In this document: positions 51,342 to 63,379 of the stretch, piece by piece
Numbering within the stretch: the stretch's first letter is position 1
How the letters are laid out: each line of letters begins with the position of its first letter
Assembly (NCBI RefSeq): GCF_000143415.4
Contig: NW_003314263.1
Coordinates: forward strand, 3,102,041-3,166,040
Direction of reading: 5' to 3'
Length of the DNA stretch: 64,000 nt
Source of the DNA: Selaginella moellendorffii
Lineage: Eukaryota > Plantae > Lycopodiophyta
Made by a program: the position numbers and the translations under genes
The notes under the pieces: generated by a model
Seen by the model: the letters and a program-made list of their open reading frames with translations, nothing else
Databases searched by the model: none
Told to the model about the DNA's origin: nothing

Positions 51342-52316
51342 ATGCCAAACAAAAGCAGCAAGGTGTACAAGGAGCTCCATCTTCTCCAGAACTACCCACT
51401 GTTTTGGTCTTCGTCCTCCCAGCACAGTAGCCTCCAGTTTGGAAGCGTGGATGAGCTGAAATCGTACCTGAAACAGCAGCACCCGACCTGTATGAAGTGC
51501 AATCGTGGTGAGTGCAGCAACTTCGACTACTTTAACAACGACAACATTGGCCAGCCAAGGTATCGCTGCAGTCAGTGCAAGGAAAAATTCACTTATGGTG
51601 GAAAAACAAGACCAACCTACATGAAGCGGCCCAGATCAAGCAGCACTGAGGAAGTTGGCATGGCACATGAGAACAAGAAGCTCAAGCGCGCTCCAGTTGA
51701 AGATGAGACGAAGAAGGGTTTGCTGGTCCACGAAAGTCAAGCGAAGCAGAGTGGTCAACAGGCCGATAAAGCTGGGGCGGTGATCAGGGTGGAGGACAAG
51801 GAAGAGTTTGACATGGATGACCTGGAGGTGGCTAGAATCATGGCACTGGTCGAGGAGAATGAAGTCCCAAACGAGGAGGAACACATCCCTCTTGTGTTCC
51901 CTGAAGTGGCAGAAATTGTAGTGAGTGATGAAGAGATGACTGAAATTCTGTCGTCAAATCTTGAGGATGTGGATGATGAGGAGATGCTAAATCTCGTGCT
52001 TGAGGAGGTTTTGGAGCGGCCAAAACACGAGGAGGGCTTGGCGGAAATTCAAATTGGCAATGGGGAAACGAGCCAAATCCTCCAAAAGAATGTGGACAAT
52101 GAGGATCTTGTGCTTGAGGGGGATTCTCAGGAGGAGCAGGCAGAGGCAATGGAGGGGGACATTTGTTTTGCTCTCGAGCTTGAACAGGATCTCCAGGCCG
52201 AAGAAGATAAGCGAAAGGAGGAATCCATGATGCTCTGGAAGATTGAATTGGAGAAAGCTAAATGGAGTGATATTTTTAATTTTAAAACTAATCGGCAGGG
52301 TAGTATTCTTGGTTGA
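51342..52316 (+). CDS. Divergent Dof-like zinc-finger/acidic protein (copy 2)
   Basis: 324-aa open ORF with the same C2C2 motif. Confidence 0.75.
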   Translation: MPNKSSKVYKELHLLQNYPLFWSSSSQHSSLQFGSVDELKSYLKQQHPTCMKCNRGECSNFDYFNNDNIGQPRYRCSQCKEKFTYGGKTRPTYMKRPRSSSTEEVGMAHENKKLKRAPVEDETKKGLLVHESQAKQSGQQADKAGAVIRVEDKEEFDMDDLEVARIMALVEENEVPNEEEHIPLVFPEVAEIVVSDEEMTEILSSNLEDVDDEEMLNLVLEEVLERPKHEEGLAEIQIGNGETSQILQKNVDNEDLVLEGDSQEEQAEAMEGDICFALELEQDLQAEEDKRKEESMMLWKIELEKAKWSDIFNFKTNRQGSILG

Positions 52317-52499
52317 TTGAATCAACAACAAAATCAACACAATCAGGATAGAAAAAAAAAACAAATACTCCCATGTTTGGTGTAAAATTTATTAATAGTA
52401 TTAGATCGAAGTACCACTTTTTTGAATTAAAGATGATGTTCACAACAAGAATTTTTCACTGGTCCTGAAATCGATCAAAACCTTGTTTCCAGATCTGAT

Positions 52500-54600
52500 G
52501 TGACAGCGGCAAGATCGGGTCCTTGGCCTTCTTTTCCGCAATGCTCCAAACGCATTGGGGCCATGGTTACCATTTTCTTGCATAATTACTGCTCGGTTTT
52601 CCTTGTCAGTGCTATGAACGTCGGCCTTGCTCTCGTCCTGCTTTGGAGATCGAGGCCATCGAGGCCTCTCAACTCTGGCATATAAAGACTGCGACAGCGA
52701 ATGGGGAATCGTTGCTCCAAGAGCTTGAAAGGCCGAGAAAGCAGCTATGCGCGTCTCTTCTGCTCGATCCAGGACAATTCTCCCTGCTCCGTTGCAGCAT
52801 ACATCCATACCAGCATCTATCACAACAAGCTTGCGAGTAAAAGCATTCGGTATATAAGAGAAACAAACCTACATGTCCTTTGAATGAAGAATCGCACAGT
52901 GCGTTTGTAAATTCAGGAATTGTAGCCTCAGCTACAGCTTCAACTGTTCGTAAGCCCGCTTTGTATAAACACCTAGCTCGTGCAGCCTGTGAAAACATAA
53001 AAGAAAGGTAAAACAATCAAAGAAAGAGCTTGCACAGTGCCCCTCGGCACCTTGAACGTACTGCAGACGTCCATTAGCGGCACTTCCTAGTGGCGAAACT
53101 TCAGTATTATGGAACAAAGGTCGACCATACATACCTGAACAAGCTTGGACAATATAAGAGCCACAAAAAAGCGTCTGTACACACGCAAGTTTTGATTCGC
53201 CTCGCTAGCCTTCTCACTAGCTTTTAGACTCCTTTTACAGCCCTGCATTGGTGCTCCATGAGCCATGCGCATCAGGGATGCCTCGGTCACCCCAACTGTA
53301 GCAACTGCCTGTAAAATGCGAAAGCATTACAATGTCTATTTCTAGCTTTCGTCTATAAGAACCTGATCCACATAGGACAATTCGACAAATCTTTGACAGT
53401 AAACTCCCCAGTCCGGTTCAAGCTCCATGTGTATAGGAGTAACCTCGTAAACAAGGTGCAAATCCGACGCTAAAACAAAACTATCACGGGCTTTAGCAAG
53501 ATCCTCAAAGACAACCTGCATCCACATAATTAAAATTCGTCATTGCCAGCAAAAACGAGCGAGAACGTACCAAGAATTCTTCCGGGCTGAGCGAACTGCC
53601 AAACGCTGCTTTTCCTAATGGAGTTATTTTTGTAGACCTGTAACTCCTGATCCCACTCTATCAGTCGCTTGTGGCACAGAAAAGAATCTTGAGCAGACTT
53701 CACGACGTCATCAAAAGGCTGTGTAGAGTTGAGAAGGGTGCAGAGCGGTTGACATCCTATGCCCACCTCCAAAACGAGCTCTCATCATTCCATTCTTTTC
53801 CTCGGCGAGACATGACCGCAACGGTTGACAACCTTCTTTCAGAATGGGAAGCTCCTCACTTTTACAGATTAATATCTGGAAAACCAACATTCGGCAAATT
53901 TCAGAATACATAAACGAGACAAGTCTTACACTCTCGCCATGCGTGTCTATCCCTGCTCTTCTTGCTCTTCCAGCCATTTGCCTGTATCTCGTCGGGCAGT
54001 GGTTTCGCAGGCATGACGACTTGAACAAAACAAAAGCACAGAATGGCCTTACTAACCACCTAGACAACAAAGAGCACAAACTGAAATCAGTAAGAGCTAT
54101 GAAAGGTCTTTGTCAAAACACAAAAGTAACCTCATGGCATGGATGGACGATGTGATCTGGATCCTTGCCGCTAAGTTCAGAGCCTGCTTTTAGAGCACGA
54201 ACAGTATTCATACTAGTATCGTAAATGACTTCAATGTGTTCATCTAAAGGAACCGGGCGAGGCGAAAGTTAGTCTCATAAAATGCAGCCTGCAAATTATC
54301 ATCAAGGTCTGTAAGACTTGAATAAAAGATTGCAATACCTGAAGCCATGATGCAACGGCTGCTACATTAGGCATCGTTGCACTCATTCCTATAATTTGCA
54401 AGCTCGTGGGGCCGTCGTGTTGCTGCTTTCATAGTCACCTTTACCGGCCGCATATCGTAGCTTAGTTCTAGCAAATAACCTCTCTCTTTATCTCCAACCT
54501 GCACTAGACTGTTATAAGAAAGATATTGGGATGTCAGTATACATACCATATGAAGCTCATCTATAACTACGACTGCTAGTTGGGACAGCTGCCCGTCCGA
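52500..54600 (-). pseudogene. POLQ: Longer POLQ/TEBICHI fragment including helicase motifs II and VI
   Basis: VVIDELHMV|[12 protein letters not shown] and [19 protein letters not shown], in addition to the exons seen in the short monomer. Confidence 0.85.
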
Positions 54601-57557
54601 GTGAGTTCGCTTTTTGATGGTACGAACTGCAAGTGAAGTATCTTGAGGTAGCGTTTTACTCCCGTGAGTCCCAAAATATCCACGGACACAACATGTTCCA
54701 AGCCTCCTCAAGCCACTCCCATCGACAGAACCGCAAACGTAAGGCTTCCATGCGTACAGCACTTGCGAAAGTCCCAGCTGTGAATGTTGCCCTCTAAAGT
54801 TGCCACCTCTTTCCACGTCCATGGTTGTTTTTCTCTGTCCAGCACCGCGACCACAGCTTTAGAATCATGTATCCCACAGCATGTCGAAGAGCTATCCACA
54901 GCACTCCACTAAACTCCATTTGGATCCGCTAAACTCCGCCACATCTTCGATCTGGAGCAGCACAAGTGCGGAGTGGTGCGAGAAGTAACTGAGATAGTAC
55001 TGATGAACACCGTGTTGAGAGACGTCAGGCAAACCGTTTGGTAGCGAGGAAGTGTCCTAATACCCAGCCTCGAGTCAAACACGTACGGGGAAAGCGAGAT
55101 CCGGAAGAATTGCTTGCCGTCACTGACATACGTCGCCAGCGCCTGTGTGCAGTTGTCGAAAAAACTGTCGATAGGATGGACCTGGACCCATTGCTGCGTC
55201 AGTGGATTCCCCACCAGGAAATGCTTCTTGTTGACGAAGATCTTCCTCCGGTCGCATAAGACGAGGCCGCCGTGAGAAAGGTATGGCACAGAAGCTTCGG
55301 GTGCAAACCGAGATTCCCAAGAATCCGGCAGCTCTTTTATGACTGGTTCATTTCTGCAAAAGAGCGAAGTTGTTATTTCAAGAAAAGGAACGAGTATAAA
55401 AAAGTATCACCGAGGCCAGCTCGAAGATGATATCGCAAGTACCGAGTAGGTTCATCAAGTCGGTGGTGCAGTAACAACACGGTTTTTGTTTGAGAGTGAC
55501 CATTTTGTCTCCACAGGAACCTGAAACTCGGATCATCCAGCATGCGAGCCCAGTGCTTGCATACCAGCTTGGACCGTGCTACCCATTGCAGACCGCTGGA
55601 ATTGAGAAGCAGAAATCTAGTTAGCTCTAAACCTTAAGTCAGATATAAGCTTTTACTCTGGGATTTGGTTGTTGTAGCTCGTCGAATTGTGATGCCTCGG
55701 GGCTCTGCATGCATTGGTGAGAGAGCTCTCAAGTTCGTCAGCTCTACCAGCATCGACCAGAGTTGGATTTCTACACTGCTACTTTCATCGTCTTCGTCAT
55801 AGCTTAGCTCGAGCTATCCTCCAGTTCCAAGCTTCGTTCCACCAAAGTACCTGGATTTCCAATTAGCTTTTGTTCTTTCGTTTGGAAAAACGATGATAGG
55901 TACCTCGTGACAACGATCATAACTCCATCCACACCAGAATTTTCTCTGGCAGCATCTTCCTGCCGTCCCTCCAGGCTCTCCACCATCGCTAACACGATAG
56001 CGTTCTTTGATCCAAGCTGGAAGAAAATGAAACATTCAAGCAAGGAAACGAAGAAGGCGAAACAAATGAACCACCTTGTAAGCCCAGCACTCGTGAGTTG
56101 CCCGTGGATCCAAGACCTTGCAAACAAAAGAATGAGCTGAGATCGCGATTTTCTTCTTTGCAAAACTAGACCTGGGAGAGAAATGCCAATGCGCCTTGTT
56201 CATCGTCCACTGTCCAGAGCGGCCGTGGCGATGAACTTACTTCCTTTCATCTCGCACTGCGAAGAAAACCTGCTGTATATGCCGATGCTGCGCCATCGCT
56301 CCAAGATTTCGCTCCTCTCTGGCGACTGAAATGCATATACATTGGCGCCAGCGCCGCCGTCCTTCCATCGATCGGCGATCTAGCACCAGCTAGAAAAACC
56401 CTAGACGAGGAATCCAAGCCCAAGCGCGAGTGCCTTTCGAAAATTGCGGTGCTATAGAATCTTGACACACTCGTGGCGCAATCCTCACCGTCAGTTCATC
56501 CACTGTTCCCGCTCTCTCTCTCTCTCTCGGTAAGTCGGCAATGTCAACATCAAAGCAGGTTTGATCTTCCCAATTCCATGCATTCTCTCTCTCTCTCTCT
56601 AGGAAGTTCTCGCTACATGTAGCTCCTGGGATTTTGGAGTGTCTTGAAATATACGTACTCATTTGATCATTTTTATCGGCTAGCTCTCACTGTTCTTCTT
56701 CTTTTCTGCCTATTTCTTTCAAGAGAAGCTGGCCAGAAAGACGAATTTTCTTGTACAAATCATCGGGAAAAGAAGAAATGGAGACTAGTTCTCATTGATT
56801 ATCTCAAGAGAAATACGGAAATATAATAAGCTTAAGTGAAAAACCTTTTACAAAATTTTAAGCTCATCTCATTCTCAAACCTTCTTGCAGCCCCAGGAAC
56901 ATCTTCAGTGTCAAGTTTGAATAGCTCATCCGCCTTCAGGTCAACATATTCTGACGCGGGAACTATGGTGTTGCAGTTGGAGCAGCTGGATACCTGGACT
57001 ATCGCCGATGGTGCCTCCATTTACATTGAGAGTCCGGGACCAATTCTCCAGTGCGTTTCCGACGTGAAATCCAATCACCATGAGTTTGCGAAACAGGGAA
57101 TCTACGTGTATATGGAGCCCTGGACGCTGCAGGATTTTGATGACAGCGGCAAGGCAGTTGGCTTGAACATCACGGATATGCGAGATCGATATCCCTACTG
57201 CGGAGGAGTTCCCAGATACATCTTTTACTCGGACACGAGCAGACTCAAGAGCCTCATCAACGATGCTTTTGCGAATGTTAGCAACGTCTGCGAGTTATTG
57301 AAGAATCCTGATAGCGAGTTTTCCAACAAGATTTTACATTATAGATCAGTTCTTTGCTTTTTCTTCTTTCAATACATGCTCTTCTTTTGCACGTCTCAGC
57401 GTCCACAAGAAATAGATATAAGGGTGGAAATTAAAAGATGTTTAATAAAACTCCCTTTACCCAAAACTTTAAACACACATTTCATCCCTTAAGCTTGTAA
57501 AAAAGGACATATTTTAGGTTTTCACTTGTTGTCCTTTCAGCAGAGAAGCCAGCAGCG

Positions 57558-58535
57558 ATGCCAAACAAAAGCAGCAAGGTGTACAAGGAGCTCCATCTTC
57601 TCCAGAACTACCCACTGTTTTGGTCTTCGTCCTCCCAGCAGACTAGCCTTCAGTTTGGAAGTGTGGATGAGTTGAAATCGTACCTGAAAAAGCAGCACCC
57701 GACCTGTATGAAGTGCAATCGCGGTGAGTGCGGCAACTTCGATTACTTCAACAACGACAACATTGGCCAGCCAAGGTATCGCTGCAGTCAGTGCAATAAA
57801 AAATTCACTTATGGCGGAAAAACAAGACCAACCTACATGAAGCGGCCAAGATCGAGCAGCAATGAGGAAGTTGGCATGGCACATGAGAACAAGAAGCTCA
57901 AGCGCGCTCCAGTTGAAGACGAGATGAGCAAGGGTTCGCTGGTCCACGAAAGTCAAGCGAAGCAGAGTGGTCAACAGGCCGATAAAGCTGGGGCGGTGAT
58001 CCGGGTGGGGGACATGGAAGATTTTGACATGGATGACTTGGAGGTGGCTAGAATCATGGCACTGGTCGAGGAGAATGAAGTCCCAAACGAGGAGGAACAC
58101 ATCCCTCTTGTGTTCCCTGAGGTGGCAGAAATTGTAGTGAGTGACGAAGAGATGACTGAAATTCTGTCGTCAAATCTCGAGGATGTGGATGATGAGGAGA
58201 TGCTAAATCTCGTGCTTGAGGAGGTTTTGGAGCGGCCAAAACACGAGGAGGGCTTTGCGGAAATTCAAATTGGCAATGGGGAAACGAGCCAAATCCTCCA
58301 AAAGAATGTGGACAATGAGGATCTTGTGCTTGAGGGGGATTCTCAGGAGGAGAAGGCAGAGGCAATGGAGGGGGACATTTATTTTGCTCTCGAGCTTGAA
58401 CAGGATCTCCAGGCCGAAGAAGATAAGCGAAAGGAGGAATCCATGATGCTCTGGAAGATTGAATTGGAGAAAGCTAAATGGAGTGGTATGTTTAATTTCA
58501 AAACAAATCGGCAGATTGAATCAACAATCAAATGA
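57558..58535 (+). CDS. Divergent Dof-like zinc-finger/acidic protein (copy 3)
   Basis: 325-aa open ORF. Confidence 0.75.
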   Translation: MPNKSSKVYKELHLLQNYPLFWSSSSQQTSLQFGSVDELKSYLKKQHPTCMKCNRGECGNFDYFNNDNIGQPRYRCSQCNKKFTYGGKTRPTYMKRPRSSSNEEVGMAHENKKLKRAPVEDEMSKGSLVHESQAKQSGQQADKAGAVIRVGDMEDFDMDDLEVARIMALVEENEVPNEEEHIPLVFPEVAEIVVSDEEMTEILSSNLEDVDDEEMLNLVLEEVLERPKHEEGFAEIQIGNGETSQILQKNVDNEDLVLEGDSQEEKAEAMEGDIYFALELEQDLQAEEDKRKEESMMLWKIELEKAKWSGMFNFKTNRQIESTIK

Positions 58536-58759
58536 ACACAATCAGGATAGAAAAAGAAAAACAAATACTTCCATGTTTGGTGTAAAATTTATTAATAGTA
58601 TTAGATCGAAGTACCACTTTTTTTGAATTAAAGATGATGTTCACAACAAGAATTTTCCACTGGTCCTGAAATCGGGAAGCAGTCTTATTGGCCTGGGCAT
58701 GTATCAAGACCTTGTTTCCAGATTTAAGATGTGACAGCGGCAAGATCGGGTCCTTGGCC

Positions 58760-60150
58760 TTCTTTTCCGCCATGGTTACCATTTTCTTGCATAATTACTG
58801 CTCGGTTTTCCTTGTCAGTGCTATGAACGTCGGCCTTGCCCTCATCTTGCTTTGGAGATATGGCCATCTCGTCTGTCTCAGCCTGAGGCCTCTCAACACT
58901 GCGACAGCGAATGCGGAATCGTTGCTCCAAGAGCTTGAAAGGCCGAGAATGCAGAATCGTTGCTCCAAGAGAAAGTAGCTATTCGGGCCGAGAAAGTAAT
59001 CCAAAGACTGCGACAGCGAATGCGGAATCGTTGCTCCAAGAGCTTGAAAGGCCGAGAATGCGGAATCGTTGCTCCAAGAGAAAGTAGCTATTCGGGCCTC
59101 TTCTGCTCGATCTAGGACAATTCTCCCTGCTCCGTTTACTATTTTCTTTGCCGCTGCACCATACATCCACTGCTGCTTACCAGCATCTATTACAAAAAGC
59201 TTGCCAGTAAAAGCATATAAGAAAAGCCAACCTGCATGTTCTTTGAATGAAGAATCGCACAGTGCGTTTGCAAGTTCAGGAATTGTAGCCTCAGCTACAA
59301 CTTCAACTGTTCGTACGCCCGCTTTGTATAAACATCTAGCTCGCGCAGCCTGTGAAAACATAAAATAAAGGTAAAACAGTCCAAGAGCTTGCACTTCCTA
59401 GTGCCGAAACTTCAGTATTATGGAACAAAGGTCGACCATACATACCTGAACAAGCTTGGACAATATAAGAGCCACAAAAAAGCGTCTGTACACACGCAAG
59501 TTTTGATTCGCCTCGCTAGCCTTCTCACTAGCTTTTAGACTCCTTTTACGGCCCTGCATTGGTGCTCCATGAGCCATGCGCATCAGGGATGCCTCGGTCA
59601 CCCCAACTCTAGCAACTGCCTGTAAAATGCGAAAGCATTACAATGTCTATTTCTAGCTTTCGTCTATAAGAACCTGATCGACATAGGTCAATTCGACAAA
59701 TCTTTGACAGTAAACTCCCCAGTCCGGTTCAAGCTCCATGTGAATAGGAGTAACCTCGTAAACAAGGTGCAAATCCGACGCTAAAACAAAACTATCACGG
59801 GCTTTAGCAAGATCCTCAAAGACAACCTGCATCCACATAATTAAAATTCGTCATTGCCAGCAAAAACGAGCGAGAACGTACCAAGAATTCTTCCGGGCTG
59901 AGCGAACTGCCAAACGCTGCTTTTCCTAATGGACTTATTTTTGTAGACCTGTAACTCCTGATCCCACTCTATCAGTCGCTTGTGGCACAGAAAAGAATCT
60001 TGAGCAGACTTCACGACGTCATCAAAAGGCTGTGTAGAGTTGAGAAGGGTGCAGAGCGGTTCACATCCTGTGCCCACCTCCAAAACGAGCTCTCATCATT
60101 CCATTCTTTTCCTCGGCGAGACATGACCGCAACGGTTGACAACCTTCTCT
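58760..60150 (-). pseudogene. POLQ: POLQ/TEBICHI exon fragments (short-monomer type)
   Basis: Near-identical to 46700-48090. Confidence 0.8.
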
Positions 60151-63100
60151 CCGAGTGAGTTCGCTTTGTGATGGTACGAACTGCAAGTGAAGTATCTGGA
60201 GGTAGCGTTTTACTCCCGTGAGTCCCAAAATATCCACGGACACAACATGTTCCAAGCCTCCTCAAGCCACTCCCATCGACAGAACCGCAAACGTAAGGCT
60301 TCCATGCGTACAGCACTTGCGAAAGTCCCAGCTGTGAAAGTGCCCTCTAAAGTTGCCACCTCTTTCCACGTCCATGGTTGTTTTTCTCTGTCCAGCACCG
60401 CGACCACAGCTTTAGAATCATATATCCCACAGCATGTCGAAGAGCTATCCACAGCACTCCACTAAACTCCATTTGGATCCGCTAAACTCCGCCACATCTT
60501 CGATCTGGAGCAGCACAAGTGCGGAGTGGTGCGAGAAGTAACTGAGATAGTACTGATGAACACCGTGTTGAGAGACGTCAGGCAAACCGTTTGGTAGCGA
60601 GCAAGTGTCCTAATACCCAGCCTCGAGTCAAACACGTACGGGGAAAGCGCGATCCGGAAGAATTGCTTGCCGTCACTGACATACGTCGCCAGCACCTGTG
60701 TGCACTTGTCGATAAAACTGTCGATAGGATGGAGCTGGACCCATTGCTGCGTCAGTGGATTCGAAACCGGCATAAGACGAGGCCGCCGTGAGAAAGGTAT
60801 GGCACAGAACATTCGGGTGCAAACCGAGACTCCCAACAATCCGGCAGCTCTTTCATGACTGGTTCCTTTCTGCAAAAGAGCGAAGTTGTTATTTCAAGGA
60901 AATGCAGTATAAAAGTATCACCAAGGCCAGCTGGAAGATGATATCGCAAGTACCGAGTAGGTTCATCAAGTCGGTGGTGCATGAACAACACGATTTCGGT
61001 TTACGAGTGACCATTTTGTCTCCACAGGAGCCTGAAACTCGGATCATCCAGCATGCGAGCCCAGTGCTTGCATACCAGCTTGGACCATGCTACGTCTGCG
61101 GCTAGTAGCCAGGAGAGTAAATGTGTCTGAAGCTCCAGCGGTAAGCTTCAGCAGGAAGAATTAAAAGGAGAAGCAGAAATCCAGTTAGCTCTAAAGCTTA
61201 AGTTAAAGGAGAGAAAAATAACCTTTTCCTCTAGGAGTTGGTTGTTGTAGCTCGTTGAATTGTGATGCCTCCTCTGCATGCATTGGTGAGAGAGCTTTCA
61301 AGTTCGTCAGCTCTACCAGCATCGAGCGAGAGTTGGATTTCTACACTGCTACTTTCATCATCTTCGTCATAGCTTTCTTTAATGTTCTCGGCTCCGTGAA
61401 GCTGAAGCTGGATTCATCGCCCATCAAGTCAGAAAGAACAAAACTAATAACACCAAAGCTTACAAGAGGGTACACAGCTCCAAGATGATCAAACCCAAAC
61501 TTGAGAACCAGGGAGATCTACACACTCGATGCAAGTCAGGAGACAACACCAAACTACATAAGAAAACCTTTGCTTTGACAATGTGCGTCGGTGCGTCTTT
61601 GAGGCAGTCAGCAGCGATTCCTCCATAAGCTCGAACGAGTCCTCCAGTTCCAAGCTTCGTTCCACCAAAGTACCTGGATTTCCAATTAGCCTTTGTTCTT
61701 TCGTTTGGAAAAACGATGATAGCTACCTCCTGACAACGACCATAACTCCATCCACACCAGAATTTTCTATGGCAGCATAGATTGGCCGTCCTGCCGTTCC
61801 TCCAGGCTCTCCACCATCGCTAACACGATAGCGTTCTTTGATCCAAGCTGGAAGAAAATGAAACATTCAAGCAAGGAAACGAAGAAGGCGAAACAAATGA
61901 ACCACCTTGTAAGCCCAGCACTCGTGAGTTGCCCGTGGATCCAAGACCTTGCAAACAAAAGAATGAGCTGAGATCGCGATTTTCTCTAGACCTGGGAGAG
62001 AAATGCCAATGCGCCTTGTTCATCGTCCACTGTCCAGAGCGGCCGTGGCGATGAACTTACTTCCTTTCATCTCGCACTGCGAAGAAAACCTGCTGTATAT
62101 GCCGATGCTGCGCCATCGCTCCAAGATTTCGCTCCTCTCTGGCGACTGAAATGCATATACATTGGCGCCAGCGCCGCCGTCCTTCCATCGATCGGCGATC
62201 TAGCACCAGCTAGAAAAACCCTAGACGAGGAATCCAAGCCCAAGCGCGAGTGCCTTTCGAAAATTGCGGTGCTATAGAATCTTGACACACTCGTGGCGCA
62301 ATCCTCACCGTCAGTTCATCCACTGTTCCCGCTCTCTCTCTCTCTCTCGGTAAGTCGGCAATGTCAACATCAAAGCAGGTTTGATCTTCCCAATTCCATG
62401 CATTCTCTCTCTCTCTCTCTCTAGGAAGTTCTCGCTACATGTAGCTCCTGGGATTTTGGAGTGTCTTGAAATATACGTACTCATTTGATCATTTTTATCG
62501 GCTAGCTCTCACTGTTCTTCTTCTTTTCTGCCTATTTCTTTCAAGAGAAGCTGGCCAGAAAGACGAATTTTCTTGTACAAATCATCGGGAAAAGAAGAAA
62601 TGGAGACTAGCTCTCATTGATTATCTCAAGAGAAATACGGAAATATAATAAGCTTAAGTGAAAAACCTTTTACAAAATTTTAAGCTCATCTGATTCTCAA
62701 ACCTTCTTGCAGCCCCAGGAACATCTTCAGTGTCAAGTTTGAATAGCTCATCCTCCTTCAGGTCAACATATTCTGACGCAGGAACTATGGTGTTGCAGTT
62801 GGAGCAGCTGGATACCTGGACTATCGCCGATGGTGCCTCCACTTACATTGAGAGTCCGGGACCAATTCTCCAGTGCGTTTCCGACGTGAAATCCAATCAC
62901 CATGAGTTTGCGAAACAGGGAATCTGCGTGTATATGGAGCCCTGGAAGCTGCAGGATTGTGATGACGGCGCCAAGGCAGTTGGTTTGAACATCACGGATA
63001 TGCGAGATCGATATCCCTACTGCGGAGGAGTTCCCAGATACATCTTTTACTCGGACACGAGCAGACTCAAGAGCCTCATCAACGATGCTTTTGCGAATGT

Positions 63101-63379
63101 TAGCAACGTCTGCGAGTTATTGAAGAATCCTGATAGCGAGTTTTCCAACAAGATTTTACATTATAGATCAGTTCTTTGCTTTTTCTTCTTTCAATACATG
63201 CTCTTCTTTTGCACGTCTCAGCGTCCACAAGAAATAGATATAAGGGTGGAAATTAAAACATGTTTAATAAAACTCCCTTTACCCAAAACTTTAAACACAC
63301 ATTTCATCCCTTAAGCTTGTAAAAAAGGACATATTTTAGGTTTTCACTTGTTGTCCTTTCAGCAGAGAAGCCAGCAGCG

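Noticed and set aside
57345-57392. U12-type AT-AC intron
   Set aside because: Lacks the ATATCCT 5' site and the TCCTTAAC branch consensus.
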